This document shows, piece after piece, positions 1-8,869 of a stretch of 49,057 nt of DNA (the stretch's first letter is position 1; the number at the start of each line of letters is the position of its first letter). Both the position numbers and the translations under genes were made by a program. The notes beneath the pieces are model-generated. The model saw nothing but the letters and a program-made list of their open reading frames with translations. It had not been told where the DNA came from and did no database searches. Location of the stretch: positions 1 to 49,057 of IMG/VR virus record IMGVR_UViG_3300043485_000019, one strand, 5' to 3'. The DNA comes from a virus (lineage: Duplodnaviria > Caudoviricetes).

Positions 1-14
1 GTGTAGGGTCAGCA

Positions 15-100
15 TGCACGCGTCGTGCAAAGCGTGCAACCGGAACCGAATGCAGAGTTGCACGGAACCGATTCAGAGATGTGCACAGTACGGTTGAGAG
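15..100. promoter_or_regulatory. Putative operator/promoter region upstream of XRE gene
   Basis: Direct repeat CGGAACCGA..CAGAG at 41-57 and 63-78; multiple TGCA boxes (15, 26, 35, 51, 59, 82). Confidence 0.45.
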
Positions 101-117
101 GTGCCATCCTGTATCCC

Positions 118-1002
118 GTGACGAAGAAGGCCACGCACCGACCGATTCGGCGACGCCGACTCGGGAAGCGGCTTGAGGAACTCCGCGAGGCCAAGGGCTT
201 TACCCAGGAGCAGGCCGCCGAAGCACTGGGTCTCAACAAGGGCACCGTGTCCCGATACGAGGCCGCTGTGACCAAGATCAGCGTCGCGCACACGATCGCC
301 ATGTGTGACACCTACGGCGTCGACCCGAAGACCAAGGCGCACCTGATCGAGCTGGCGCGCCGCGCGGACGTACGCGGATGGTGGAACCAGTACGGTGGCG
401 CGACCGCCGAGTGGTTCCTCGACTACCTCGCGCTGGAAGCCGACACAGCCGTGCTTTCCAACTACGAGTCAGAGCTGATCCCGGGCCTGTTCCAGACCGG
501 TGAGTACGCGGCCGAGGTCACTGCCCGCATGTGGCCAACGAGCCAGCCGGACGAAGAGGGCATCCGTCGGCGCGTTGATCTTCGACTGGACCGGCAGAAG
601 GCCGCGTTCGAGCGGCCGAGGCCGTTGACGATGTGGGCGTTCATCAGCGAGGGCGCACTGCGTCGGGTCGTCGGCGGTCCGCAGATCATGGTTGCGCAGC
701 TCGAACACGTACTGGAGCTCGCCGAGAGGCCGAACATCATCGTGCAGGTGATGCCGTTCGAACGCGGCGCCCACGCCGGCATGCTCTCGCCCTTCGTGCT
801 GCTGGAGTTCCCCGACCCGGATATCGACCCGGGCGTGGTGTATCTCGAACAGCGGACCTCCAGCCTGTATCTGGAGGGTGCAAGCGACGTGACCGCGTAT
901 ACGCTTGCGATAGAGCATTTGCGGGCGGGCTCGCTAGACCCGGACCAGTCTGTGGGACTGATCCGGGCGATCGCTAGCGATCTCGCGCGCTCCGACCGAT
1001 AG
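118..1002 (+). CDS. XRE-family HTH regulator with DUF5753 C-terminal domain (WhiJ/Scr1-like)
   Basis: RRRRLGKRLEELRE..TQEQAA..VSRYE HTH, GWW, YESELIPGLFQT.EYA, EGALRR.VGG motifs; GTG start at 118 chosen. Confidence 0.92.
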   Translation: MTKKATHRPIRRRRLGKRLEELREAKGFTQEQAAEALGLNKGTVSRYEAAVTKISVAHTIAMCDTYGVDPKTKAHLIELARRADVRGWWNQYGGATAEWFLDYLALEADTAVLSNYESELIPGLFQTGEYAAEVTARMWPTSQPDEEGIRRRVDLRLDRQKAAFERPRPLTMWAFISEGALRRVVGGPQIMVAQLEHVLELAERPNIIVQVMPFERGAHAGMLSPFVLLEFPDPDIDPGVVYLEQRTSSLYLEGASDVTAYTLAIEHLRAGSLDPDQSVGLIRAIASDLARSDR

Positions 1003-1011
1003 GAGCACGTC

Positions 1012-1239
1012 ATGTTCAGTGTAAACGCGCCACCGTGGCGCAAGTCCAGCTTCTCCGGCAATGACGGCAACTGCGTCGAGGTCGCTAACTGGCGGAAGTC
1101 GACTCGCAGCGAGCAGTCCTGCGTCGAGGTCGCGTCGACCGCCGAAGTGCTCGTACGCGACACCAAGCTCGGCGAGGACTCACCCGTCCTGACCGTACCG
1201 CCGGCCGCCTGGTCGACGTTCCTGGCCAGCATCCGGTAG
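1012..1239 (+). CDS. DUF397 family protein (Scr2/BldB-like)
   Basis: WRKSSFS..GNCVEVA, VRDTK, W..FL motifs; directly follows XRE gene; GGAG RBS. Confidence 0.92.
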   Translation: MFSVNAPPWRKSSFSGNDGNCVEVANWRKSTRSEQSCVEVASTAEVLVRDTKLGEDSPVLTVPPAAWSTFLASIR

Positions 1240-1250
1240 CCGGAAACGCG

Positions 1251-1287
1251 AAAAACGGCCCCGCTCTCCCGAAGGAGAGCGGGGCCG
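1251..1287 (-). terminator. Intrinsic terminator ending the phage late operon (possibly bidirectional)
   Basis: 14-bp perfect stem CGGCCCCGCTCTCC-cgaa-GGAGAGCGGGGCCG followed by TTTTT on the minus strand, between convergent genes. Confidence 0.85.
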
Positions 1288-1302
1288 CGTCACGTGCGAG
1301 TC

Positions 1303-1638
1303 CTACGCCAGCTGCGGCGGACTCGGCTTCGTGTTCCGTACGGCCACTACGCCGGCCGAAGCCAGGACGGCGATGCCGATCGAGATCCATTCCTGGACGG
1401 TGACGCCGTCCGGCCAGCACACGATCCACTGGCCGATGCCCGCGATTCCCAGCATGGCGATGAACTTCGCGTAACGCAGCGCCTCGGCGTTCGGGAACAG
1501 CCAGACGCCGACGGTGCCGAGGAATACGATCGCGAGCTGCGCGCCGTCCTGTGCCTGCCAGCCGTCGGCGAGCAGGTCGTACGCGCCGACCAGCACGAGG
1601 CCGAGGACGGCCGCGTACGCCTTGAGATAGTTGAGCAT
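1303..1638 (-). CDS. Holin-like multi-pass membrane protein
   Basis: MLNYLKAYAAVLG..., about four hydrophobic segments, internal duplication (..PNA / ..RNT), last gene of the lysis cassette. Confidence 0.7.
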   Translation of the reverse strand: MLNYLKAYAAVLGLVLVGAYDLLADGWQAQDGAQLAIVFLGTVGVWLFPNAEALRYAKFIAMLGIAGIGQWIVCWPDGVTVQEWISIGIAVLASAGVVAVRNTKPSPPQLA

Positions 1639-1655
1639 GGTTCCCCCTTCGGGAT

Positions 1656-1898
1656 TTACTCGTCGACCCGCTCGGGCCAATGCCAGGTGCCGCCCGACTT
1701 CTCGGTGAAGTCGCCGCTGATGCTGGAGTTGAAGAACTGGCCGGTCGGGTTGAGGACGCACAGCCCGACCGTGCCGTCCGGATTGACGATCGTGACGATC
1801 GCCGCCCGGCACTCGGACGTGTACGCCTGGCTGCCGTCGGCGCGCGGGGGTGTGCCGTGGCTTACGTAGTGGACGGTGCGGCCGACACTCGGCTTCAC
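1656..1898 (-). CDS. Phage hypothetical protein (KPSVGRTVHY family)
   Basis: PSVGRTVHYVS...CRAAIVT..V...GTWHWPER; GTGA overlap with the upstream gene. Confidence 0.75.
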   Translation of the reverse strand: MKPSVGRTVHYVSHGTPPRADGSQAYTSECRAAIVTIVNPDGTVGLCVLNPTGQFFNSSISGDFTEKSGGTWHWPERVDE

Positions 1899-2566
1899 AG
1901 GGTTTCCCTTCGTAGTAGCCAATGGGGTGGGACGAACCCAACAAGCACGCCGGGGATGAGAGGCAGGATCGGGAAGGGGTCACCGCCCCCGCCGGGGGCA
2001 GACGGGGACGGTGACGACGTGGGCCGGACGGCCAGCGAGCGCTGTGCGGCCGGCGACTCCGACGGGGACGGGGCCGCTACGGGCTCACAGATCAGCGCGT
2101 GGTTGCCGTTGATCGTCTCGGACTGGAACGAGTAGCCCTCGGGGCAGCTCGCGCCCGGCGGGCCGCTAGCTCCCGTTGCGCCGTCCTTCCCGCCTTGGCC
2201 GTCCTTCCCGTCTGCGCCCCCGGGTCCAGTTGGTCCGGCAGGTCCCGGTGGACCGGATGAACCTGCCGGACCCGGCGACCCGGCGACACCGGGCGATCCG
2301 GTCACGCCCGGCTGGCCGTTTCTTCCCGATTCGCCGTTGCTTCCAGGGAGCCCCGCTGGTCCGGGGATCGGCGACGGACTCACGGCGGGATTGGCGCGCA
2401 CATCCCGCGCGGGCGGCGCCACCGGAGTCACGCCCAACGAGCGGACCTGCTGCCGTGTCGCATCCAGGTTCTTCGACAGACCGTCCACCTGCTGCACGAG
2501 GTACGTCACTAGGACGATCGTGGACAGCAGGAACGCGAGGACCACGCCAGTGATCACCCACCGCAC
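1895..2566 (-). CDS. Membrane-anchored collagen-like protein in lysis cassette
   Basis: N-terminal TM helix, coiled coil, 24 G-X-Y triplets, CPEGY..C motif, Pro-rich tail; start approximate. Confidence 0.75.
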   Translation of the reverse strand: MRWVITGVVLAFLLSTIVLVTYLVQQVDGLSKNLDATRQQVRSLGVTPVAPPARDVRANPAVSPSPIPGPAGLPGSNGESGRNGQPGVTGSPGVAGSPGPAGSSGPPGPAGPTGPGGADGKDGQGGKDGATGASGPPGASCPEGYSFQSETINGNHALICEPVAAPSPSESPAAQRSLAVRPTSSPSPSAPGGGGDPFPILPLIPGVLVGFVPPHWLLRRETL

Positions 2567-2583
2567 GATCAGAAACCGCGGCG

Positions 2584-2874
2584 CTACCTCAGAAGTGCCG
2601 GGATCAGCAGACCCGCCACCACCCCGACGGCGGCCAAAAATACTCCCACGATGATCGGTGCCCACAGCGTCACCCACCGCCGGTTCCTGTCCTCGTCGCG
2701 TTGTCGCTCCAACGCCTTGAGCCGGATCTCCTGGTCGTCGCGGTCGCGTTCCAGTTCCCGGATTTGCAGGTCGTGGACCGCCTTGTCGACGCGAGTGGAC
2801 GCGATCTGGTCGACGCGGACATTGAGCGCCTGCTGGTTACGAATGACCTCGCCGAGAGTTGGCTCATTGGTCAC
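2584..2874 (-). CDS. Coiled-coil membrane protein (holin-associated)
   Basis: EPTLGEV N-terminus, charged coiled coil, C-terminal TM; follows the lysin. Confidence 0.7.
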   Translation of the reverse strand: MTNEPTLGEVIRNQQALNVRVDQIASTRVDKAVHDLQIRELERDRDDQEIRLKALERQRDEDRNRRWVTLWAPIIVGVFLAAVGVVAGLLIPALLR

Positions 2875-2893
2875 CGGACCCCCTTCGGTGCGG

Positions 2894-3919
2894 TCAGGCC
2901 AGGACGCCCGGCGAGCCCTTCGGCATGATGATCAGACCGCCGCCAAGGTCAGCCCAGCCGCCGATCTTCGCCTCGCCGCCGTGCGTGAGGTGCCACTGGC
3001 GGATCGCTTTCGGGTTCGTGGTCGGGTGGCCACCGTTGGCGTAGTAGCGATCAACGAGGCTCTGCCAGTCATCGCCGCGCTTCGCGACGGTGTGCACGGA
3101 CTCCAGCGGCCGGTGGCCGGTCGGACCGTACGGGTAGACCCCGGGCGGACCGGTCTCGACCGGCGGCGGTGTCGGCTTCGCGCCGCGAAGCACGGCCATG
3201 CTGAGGTTCGCGGTGTTCACGTACGCCACGTCCATGTCGGTGCTGCCGCCGGTGCCAGGCGGCCGGCCGCTGCTGGTCCACTGCCAGAACTGGCTCGACG
3301 AGCCGCGCGACGTGGCCCCATACCGTGCGATGTTGACGTAGGAACGCCGAAGCCCCTTCCCGCCCTTGAGGGTGTTCTGCCAGTACGAGAGCGACGCGTA
3401 CACGCCGGCGTACGCCCCGGTACGCGCCTTGCAGCGGTCGGAGAAGGCGTTCAGCATCGCGATCGTGAGCCCTGGGACTTCCGCGTCGATCAGCGGCGGC
3501 ATGTCGCCGGCTTGCGGTAAACCCATCGTCGCGAGCATGAAGTCGCACTGACGGGCGCCGTCGCCGGGCTCCAGCCAGTGATAGCCGGCCGTACGGATGC
3601 CGGCCGACCGCATCCCGGTCAGGCCGGCGGCGAAGCCCGGCGAGCGGAAGCCGGTGCCCTGGCTGACCTTGCGCCAACCGAACTTGTAGTTCGCGGCTCG
3701 CAGCCGGCGGTAGTCCGGTGAGCCGTCGTAGCTCGACATGTCGAAGCCGTTCTCGATCACGCCCGAGCTCGGCGTGAAAGTCGCGACCTGTTCAGCGACC
3801 ACGGCGTCCAGATGCGCGAGGCTGGTGACCAGGTCGCCGCCCGCGGTCATGCCGTGGTCGTCGGCCGGGTCCAGGTCGACGAGCTCGCCCGGGTCGGGTA
3901 GCGGTGGAAGTTCGGTCAT
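2894..3919 (-). CDS. Endolysin, GH25 muramidase with possible C-terminal LysM-like domain
   Basis: GFDMSSY, KVSQG, AGYHW, PPLIDAE, WQWTSSG..PG...TDMD GH25 motifs; C-terminal HTVAKRGDDWQSL. Confidence 0.88.
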   Translation of the reverse strand: MTELPPLPDPGELVDLDPADDHGMTAGGDLVTSLAHLDAVVAEQVATFTPSSGVIENGFDMSSYDGSPDYRRLRAANYKFGWRKVSQGTGFRSPGFAAGLTGMRSAGIRTAGYHWLEPGDGARQCDFMLATMGLPQAGDMPPLIDAEVPGLTIAMLNAFSDRCKARTGAYAGVYASLSYWQNTLKGGKGLRRSYVNIARYGATSRGSSSQFWQWTSSGRPPGTGGSTDMDVAYVNTANLSMAVLRGAKPTPPPVETGPPGVYPYGPTGHRPLESVHTVAKRGDDWQSLVDRYYANGGHPTTNPKAIRQWHLTHGGEAKIGGWADLGGGLIIMPKGSPGVLA

Positions 3920-3950
3920 GGTTGCCCCCTCTGGATTTACGGTGCCGGAT

Positions 3951-4976
3951 TCACAGCGTCATTCCGTTTCGGTGGACCATCAGGCACTGGAATGCCTGAG
4001 ATGCCCACCCGCCCGGGTTGGTGGACGCCGCGCCCGCGTCGATGCCGGCCATCACGCGGCCGATGAGCTGGTCAGCGAACGCCGGCTGGCTGTACGGGTT
4101 GGAGAGCGGCAGGCCGCACGCCTCGGGGTGTTGCGCCATCAGCGCCATGGCGCCGGAGACGTAGCAACCCTCGGGGGTTCCGCTGGTCGTCGCCCCAATG
4201 TCCCCGGGTGTGATCCCGGCCGCCATCTGCGTCATGAACGGAGTTATGCCGCCCGGGTGCCAGGCGGACATGGTGGCGCATTCCCAGTTATGGGATCCGT
4301 CTGCGATCGTGATCGACTTAACACCCCAGTAGCCCCATCCGCCGAAGTTGGCCGGGCGATTCATCGCCCATACAATGGCGTTTTTGTACGCGGTGCCTTT
4401 GTTCAGGCAGTCCGTTTGAGCGGCCGGGGCTGAGTGTTTGTTCCGGTTGTAGAGCAGGAAGGTGGCGGCGACCGCGATCATGTTCCAGATCCGGTCTGCG
4501 GTGTGCCTTCCCGTCATCCCGCCGGTGGCGGTGGACGAGTCGTCCGGCAGTGCACCCGGCTGGCCACTGATATTCCAGTTGTAGGCGTACGTCGGCCAGT
4601 TCCGCACCCGGTCCAGCAGCACGTCGAAATCCGCCTGCGAGACGAGTCCGTGGTCGTAGCCGGCGGCCAACCGGGGCGCGACGAACCCGGCTGTGGTGAT
4701 CAGCCAGTCGGTGTCGGCTGGCAGGCCGTCCTCGACGCGCCCGACTCCGTACCCGCCGGCCGGCGAGCGGACCGCGCACGCCGTGTCGAACCAGCCCTGC
4801 AACCGTGGGTCCGTCCAGCCGTAGTACTCGCCGGCCGCCTGGGCCATCGCCGCGAACGTCGGCCCGTTCTTGTTGAGTGTCGGGTCGGCGTCGTCGGCGA
4901 ACAGTTCCATTTTCGCCATGCAGTCGTCGGCCAACTTCTGCCACAGACCGCGTGCGACGGATGCGGGTACAGCCAC
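3951..4976 (-). CDS. Hypothetical late protein (341 aa)
   Basis: Long ORF with phage-like codon usage between tail tip genes and lysin; RBS GGAGGGG; function not recognised. Confidence 0.7.
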   Translation of the reverse strand: MAVPASVARGLWQKLADDCMAKMELFADDADPTLNKNGPTFAAMAQAAGEYYGWTDPRLQGWFDTACAVRSPAGGYGVGRVEDGLPADTDWLITTAGFVAPRLAAGYDHGLVSQADFDVLLDRVRNWPTYAYNWNISGQPGALPDDSSTATGGMTGRHTADRIWNMIAVAATFLLYNRNKHSAPAAQTDCLNKGTAYKNAIVWAMNRPANFGGWGYWGVKSITIADGSHNWECATMSAWHPGGITPFMTQMAAGITPGDIGATTSGTPEGCYVSGAMALMAQHPEACGLPLSNPYSQPAFADQLIGRVMAGIDAGAASTNPGGWASQAFQCLMVHRNGMTL

Positions 4977-5024
4977 TACTCCCCCTCTTTGGTGAGAATG
5001 CGTTGAACGATCGGCATGACCCCC

Positions 5025-5612
5025 CTATGGAGTGCCGGCCGGCAGGGTGCGGACCCAGATCGCCTCAAGAAAGGTATGTTGCTGGCCGGCGAGAACGGAC
5101 TTGGTCGCGCCCGAGTTCTGGGATACGAAGAACTGCAAATGATCGTTGGCGTTACACGGAACGAGCTTCGCGGCCGTTTGCTCCGTTGGGTTGCTCGAAA
5201 ACGCCCACCCACTCGCGTTGCCAGCGCGATTCCGGAGAATGTGTGACGTGCCGCCGGCTGGGGCGTTGTTGGAGTTGCGCCGGATGTTGAGCACGCGCTG
5301 GTTACTCGTGGAGGTGGCGGCTTCATCTATCTGCAGCGCGGTCGTCACGAGGTACAGACCGGCGATCGGTAGGGTCAGTCGGTTGCCGGCCGCCAGTAGT
5401 GTCGGCCCCGAATACGACGCGTCAAACGATGTCTTCGTAAGGGTGAGGACAACCAACGTCGTAGAGCTTGTCAAGGACTGTGGACTGGCCGCGTCCTGGT
5501 AGGCGTGACAACGTGGTGGGCCATACAACCGAATGAACTGGTCGCGTAGCTCGGTATTCAGTCGGGCGGCGGTCATCGGGTCGGCCGACGCCCACGTTCC
5601 AGGAGCGGTCAC
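5025..5612 (-). CDS. Minor tail protein, paralog 3
   Basis: PGTW..MTAARLNTELRDQ N-terminus; beta-rich domain with GLYLV. Confidence 0.75.
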   Translation of the reverse strand: MTAPGTWASADPMTAARLNTELRDQFIRLYGPPRCHAYQDAASPQSLTSSTTLVVLTLTKTSFDASYSGPTLLAAGNRLTLPIAGLYLVTTALQIDEAATSTSNQRVLNIRRNSNNAPAGGTSHILRNRAGNASGWAFSSNPTEQTAAKLVPCNANDHLQFFVSQNSGATKSVLAGQQHTFLEAIWVRTLPAGTP

Positions 5613-5622
5613 AGGCTGCCCC

Positions 5623-6198
5623 TTAGTCGCTTAGGCGGAACATCTGGAAATAGAACCGGTCAGCGCCAGGGTTGATGTTCAGTGCCGCGCCAGTGTCCTG
5701 CCAGATGCCGAGCTGCAACGTATTTCCCGCCCCAAGTGGATATTCGAGTTCCAAGCTCACGTAGGCCGGCGAGTTGAGATTGCGGTCACGGTTTATGATC
5801 TCATAGCCAATTCGCGCCGTATCCGGCAAAGTCGCGCCAAACGCTAGCGCCTGGTCAACATACGCACCGACGTAATACTGACCGGTGCCACTCGCTTGCG
5901 CGAAAGATGTTTGCGCCAGGATCATGTACGTACCGGGAACCATGACGGTCATATAGGTCCACGGAGCCGACCCCGACAACATCACACTTCCATCGGAAGA
6001 GGCATCGAAATACTTCGTGTTAAAGCTAGCGACAGTGGCGGCTACGCCGGACGCCGTCGTTGACCCGTACGTCGTGGACTGGCTCAGTTCCATCGCCGGC
6101 GCACCGTACGCCGCATTGAGCGCATCGCGCACCTCGGTGTTGAATGCGGTGTGCGTCACCTGATCGGACGGAAGCCACGTGCGCGGCTGGCCACTCAT
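5623..6198 (-). CDS. Minor tail protein, paralog 2
   Basis: PRTW..VTHTAFNTEVRDA N-terminus; GTYMI; WQDTGAALN. Confidence 0.75.
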   Translation of the reverse strand: MSGQPRTWLPSDQVTHTAFNTEVRDALNAAYGAPAMELSQSTTYGSTTASGVAATVASFNTKYFDASSDGSVMLSGSAPWTYMTVMVPGTYMILAQTSFAQASGTGQYYVGAYVDQALAFGATLPDTARIGYEIINRDRNLNSPAYVSLELEYPLGAGNTLQLGIWQDTGAALNINPGADRFYFQMFRLSD

Positions 6199-6848
6199 CA
6201 GTTACTCATCCATTGTGCTTGCAGAAACACAGTGCCCTGACTGGCGATCAGATCCAAAGGGACAGCGTCCATGCGCGCGAACAACTGGAAGTGGTCCCCC
6301 TGATTCGCTCGCATAGAGCCGCGCACCCGAGCCACTGGCGGTATCGTGTCCTGATTCGATGAGTCCGCGATGCACTCAAAGTAGTCGAGCTGTGTAGCGA
6401 ATACCGAGTCAATGCCGGCGACGGCCGGGTTCGTTTGGAACGTCCCGTTCATGTTCTTCCCGATGTACACAGCCCGTGTGCCGAGTTGCGGATTGAACCC
6501 CGTGTCACCGGACCCGCTCGCCTGCTTGCTCCACACGGCAGCCGCGTTGAGTCGGTACATTCCGGAGCGGTTGACGAACAGCCGCCCGTCCCCTTGGGCC
6601 ATCGCCGTGCCGTCAAAGGAGTAGTCATACAAGACTTGGTCGAGGTTCACGGCGAATATGTTCTGGTCCCAGCCGAGATTGATCCCACCGACGCCAGCAC
6701 TCGGCGGGTAAGTGACAATCTTCGACTTCCAGATATACGCGCGTGGGGCGCCGGATCGGGCGAGAAGTTGATCCCGAAGCTCGTTGTTCAGCCCGGTCGC
6801 GGTGACGTAGTCGTTCGTCGCCCATGTGCGGGGGGAACCGGCTACCAT
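6198..6848 (-). CDS. Minor tail protein, paralog 1
   Basis: PRTW..VTATGLNNELRDQ N-terminus; GMYRL; GDHFQLF. Confidence 0.75.
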   Translation of the reverse strand: MVAGSPRTWATNDYVTATGLNNELRDQLLARSGAPRAYIWKSKIVTYPPSAGVGGINLGWDQNIFAVNLDQVLYDYSFDGTAMAQGDGRLFVNRSGMYRLNAAAVWSKQASGSGDTGFNPQLGTRAVYIGKNMNGTFQTNPAVAGIDSVFATQLDYFECIADSSNQDTIPPVARVRGSMRANQGDHFQLFARMDAVPLDLIASQGTVFLQAQWMSN

Positions 6849-8869
6849 CCCAGTCTCGCCGTGCTCGTGGTTACCTCGTCCTGCCCACCGACCCCAACCC
6901 GGTAGATCGTGCCGGGGGGTGGGTTGGCGATCGTGTGGAACACGATTTGCTGATCATCGATCTTCCATGTTTCCGAACGACCGCGTTGCACCGTGTTGGC
7001 CAGTTGCTGGAAACCTGGCGGCAGGTTGATCACTGAGATGTGGTCGAACAGGTTGCACGCCAACGCTGCCGCCCGCACCGCCGGCGTACACGTGAGAACG
7101 TCAACGGTGATGTCGGGACATCGGAGATACTGATCTTTTCTGGTCGCGATGATCCACCGCGCGGTGTCGTCGGCCGTGATCGAGTTGGCGGCGAGCGAAT
7201 CGAGGCTGGTGGCGTATTCGCCGTGAGCGTTTTGGCTGGCCGCATCGAACACCCGAGATGTACCAGCGGGAGAGACGACCTGCACGTCGTTGATGAGCTT
7301 CTGATCGTCTTTCACTGGCTGGATGCTGTCGCCGAGGTCCTGCGTCGCGTCCAGCGTCAAGGTGGGAGTGTTCGGGTCGTAGCGGTGTGACCTGTTGAAG
7401 AAGGTGGGCACGCCGGCCGGGCTGATGAAAAACAGCCCTTGCTCTGTAGTGGCCAGCCGCGACAGTGCGGGACCTGGAGCGTCGTCATCCTGGGCGGCGA
7501 CAGGCATGCTCGCCTGTTCGACGCTACCTGGACCGATGCCGGCATAGTTGATGATCCGGTTGACGCGGTCACTGACGCCTTCGCCCGCGAAGCCCGTACG
7601 TCCCGCAAGGTAGTGCTGCATCACGCGTGTCGGAGTGAGGACGTGATCGTACAGGGCCATGTGTGCGATGGAGCCGTTGTGGAAACTGTTGACCGCTTGA
7701 CCGAACGCGTATCCACCGATCGAGAGAAACGAGTACTGCTGTCCAGTGATGGTGATGTTGGCTTCCTGGCCGAGGTATGCCAACCGCTGGCCGTTCATAT
7801 ATGCCAGCACGTGCCCACTGATGGCTACGGAGAACACCATGTGGTACCACTGGCCAGCAACCAGAATGCTGTTGGCTTGCGCGGCACTCTGATCTGTGCC
7901 AGATAGGTTTCCGAGGTACTGAAGCCCGTATTGGCCCTGCTCCGCGTAGGCGGTTCCTTGCGTCGCCGACGTTGCGGGGATGCCCAGATAGACGGCGGCG
8001 ATCTGGCCGCCTACTGCCCAGTTGGCCGCTGGGTTGCTGAAGTACACGGTCACGTATTTGGTGTTGCTGGACAGACCGGTCCCGAAAGCTGGCACCGTCT
8101 CCGCTTCCAGCTTCACCCACCATTCCACGGTGATGGCGTGTGAGTTGTCCAGTACCATCGGCGTGGTCAGGGTGGTGACGAGCATCGAGCCGCCGATGCC
8201 GTTGCCCAGCGCGAAAGACGGGCCGTCCTGGTTGTTGATGGCATTCAGGGTCGCGTCCCCGGCGAGGTTGGGATTGAACTTCGGGGAACTAAGCTTGTCG
8301 GTGGATAGCCCAGAGTCGCCGCCGAAGTCCATGCCGCCGCCGATACCGCGATGCTGCTCCAACAACGGCGGATTTCCGTTGCCGGACACGTCCTGCATGC
8401 CGAACGCCGCTTTGCCGTCACCGAGCGGGTAGTACGCGGTCGGGTTGTCGTCGGCAATCTCCTGCCCCAGGTAGGAGCCCAGTCGGACGCGGTTTGACAG
8501 CCGCTTCAGGATGTCCGTGGCCGTTACCTGGGTGGCCTTGAAACTGTTGGTACCACGCATTGTCGGCTTCCAGGCGTCCACGAGGCCGGTGAACCGCCGC
8601 GTCCCGTCAGCGGTAAACCTGATCCACGAAGGGATGGTCAGGTTCGGATAGAACGAGCCAGCGGCGTTGTCCGGTGTGAAGTTTCCAGTGATGTTGTCCA
8701 AGAAGCACGAGAACGTGGACGGAGTGACATCAAGGCCCTCGTCCGTGCCACCGACATTGACCGTCGTGTCCTGGTCGACCATATGGTACGCCGTGATGTC
8801 GACCCAACCCACAGACGGGACCGCGGTGTAGTTGGTCGACGGGTTGATCTCCAACAGGAACGTGCTCAC
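6842..8869 (-). CDS. Tail hub/tip protein with LamG (concanavalin A-like) insertion
   Basis: Follows tape measure; WVDIT, LDN..G.FTP; PTAYYPLGD...TVEWWVK...WYHMV...GSIAHMALYDHVLT LamG motifs; TEQGLFF; ends RLGW. Confidence 0.82.
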   Translation of the reverse strand: MSTFLLEINPSTNYTAVPSVGWVDITAYHMVDQDTTVNVGGTDEGLDVTPSTFSCFLDNITGNFTPDNAAGSFYPNLTIPSWIRFTADGTRRFTGLVDAWKPTMRGTNSFKATQVTATDILKRLSNRVRLGSYLGQEIADDNPTAYYPLGDGKAAFGMQDVSGNGNPPLLEQHRGIGGGMDFGGDSGLSTDKLSSPKFNPNLAGDATLNAINNQDGPSFALGNGIGGSMLVTTLTTPMVLDNSHAITVEWWVKLEAETVPAFGTGLSSNTKYVTVYFSNPAANWAVGGQIAAVYLGIPATSATQGTAYAEQGQYGLQYLGNLSGTDQSAAQANSILVAGQWYHMVFSVAISGHVLAYMNGQRLAYLGQEANITITGQQYSFLSIGGYAFGQAVNSFHNGSIAHMALYDHVLTPTRVMQHYLAGRTGFAGEGVSDRVNRIINYAGIGPGSVEQASMPVAAQDDDAPGPALSRLATTEQGLFFISPAGVPTFFNRSHRYDPNTPTLTLDATQDLGDSIQPVKDDQKLINDVQVVSPAGTSRVFDAASQNAHGEYATSLDSLAANSITADDTARWIIATRKDQYLRCPDITVDVLTCTPAVRAAALACNLFDHISVINLPPGFQQLANTVQRGRSETWKIDDQQIVFHTIANPPPGTIYRVGVGGQDEVTTSTARLGW

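Noticed and set aside
5025-6848. Diversity-generating retroelement or invertible tail-fibre switch
   Set aside because: No reverse transcriptase, invertase, near-identical TR/VR pair or inverted cassette seen.
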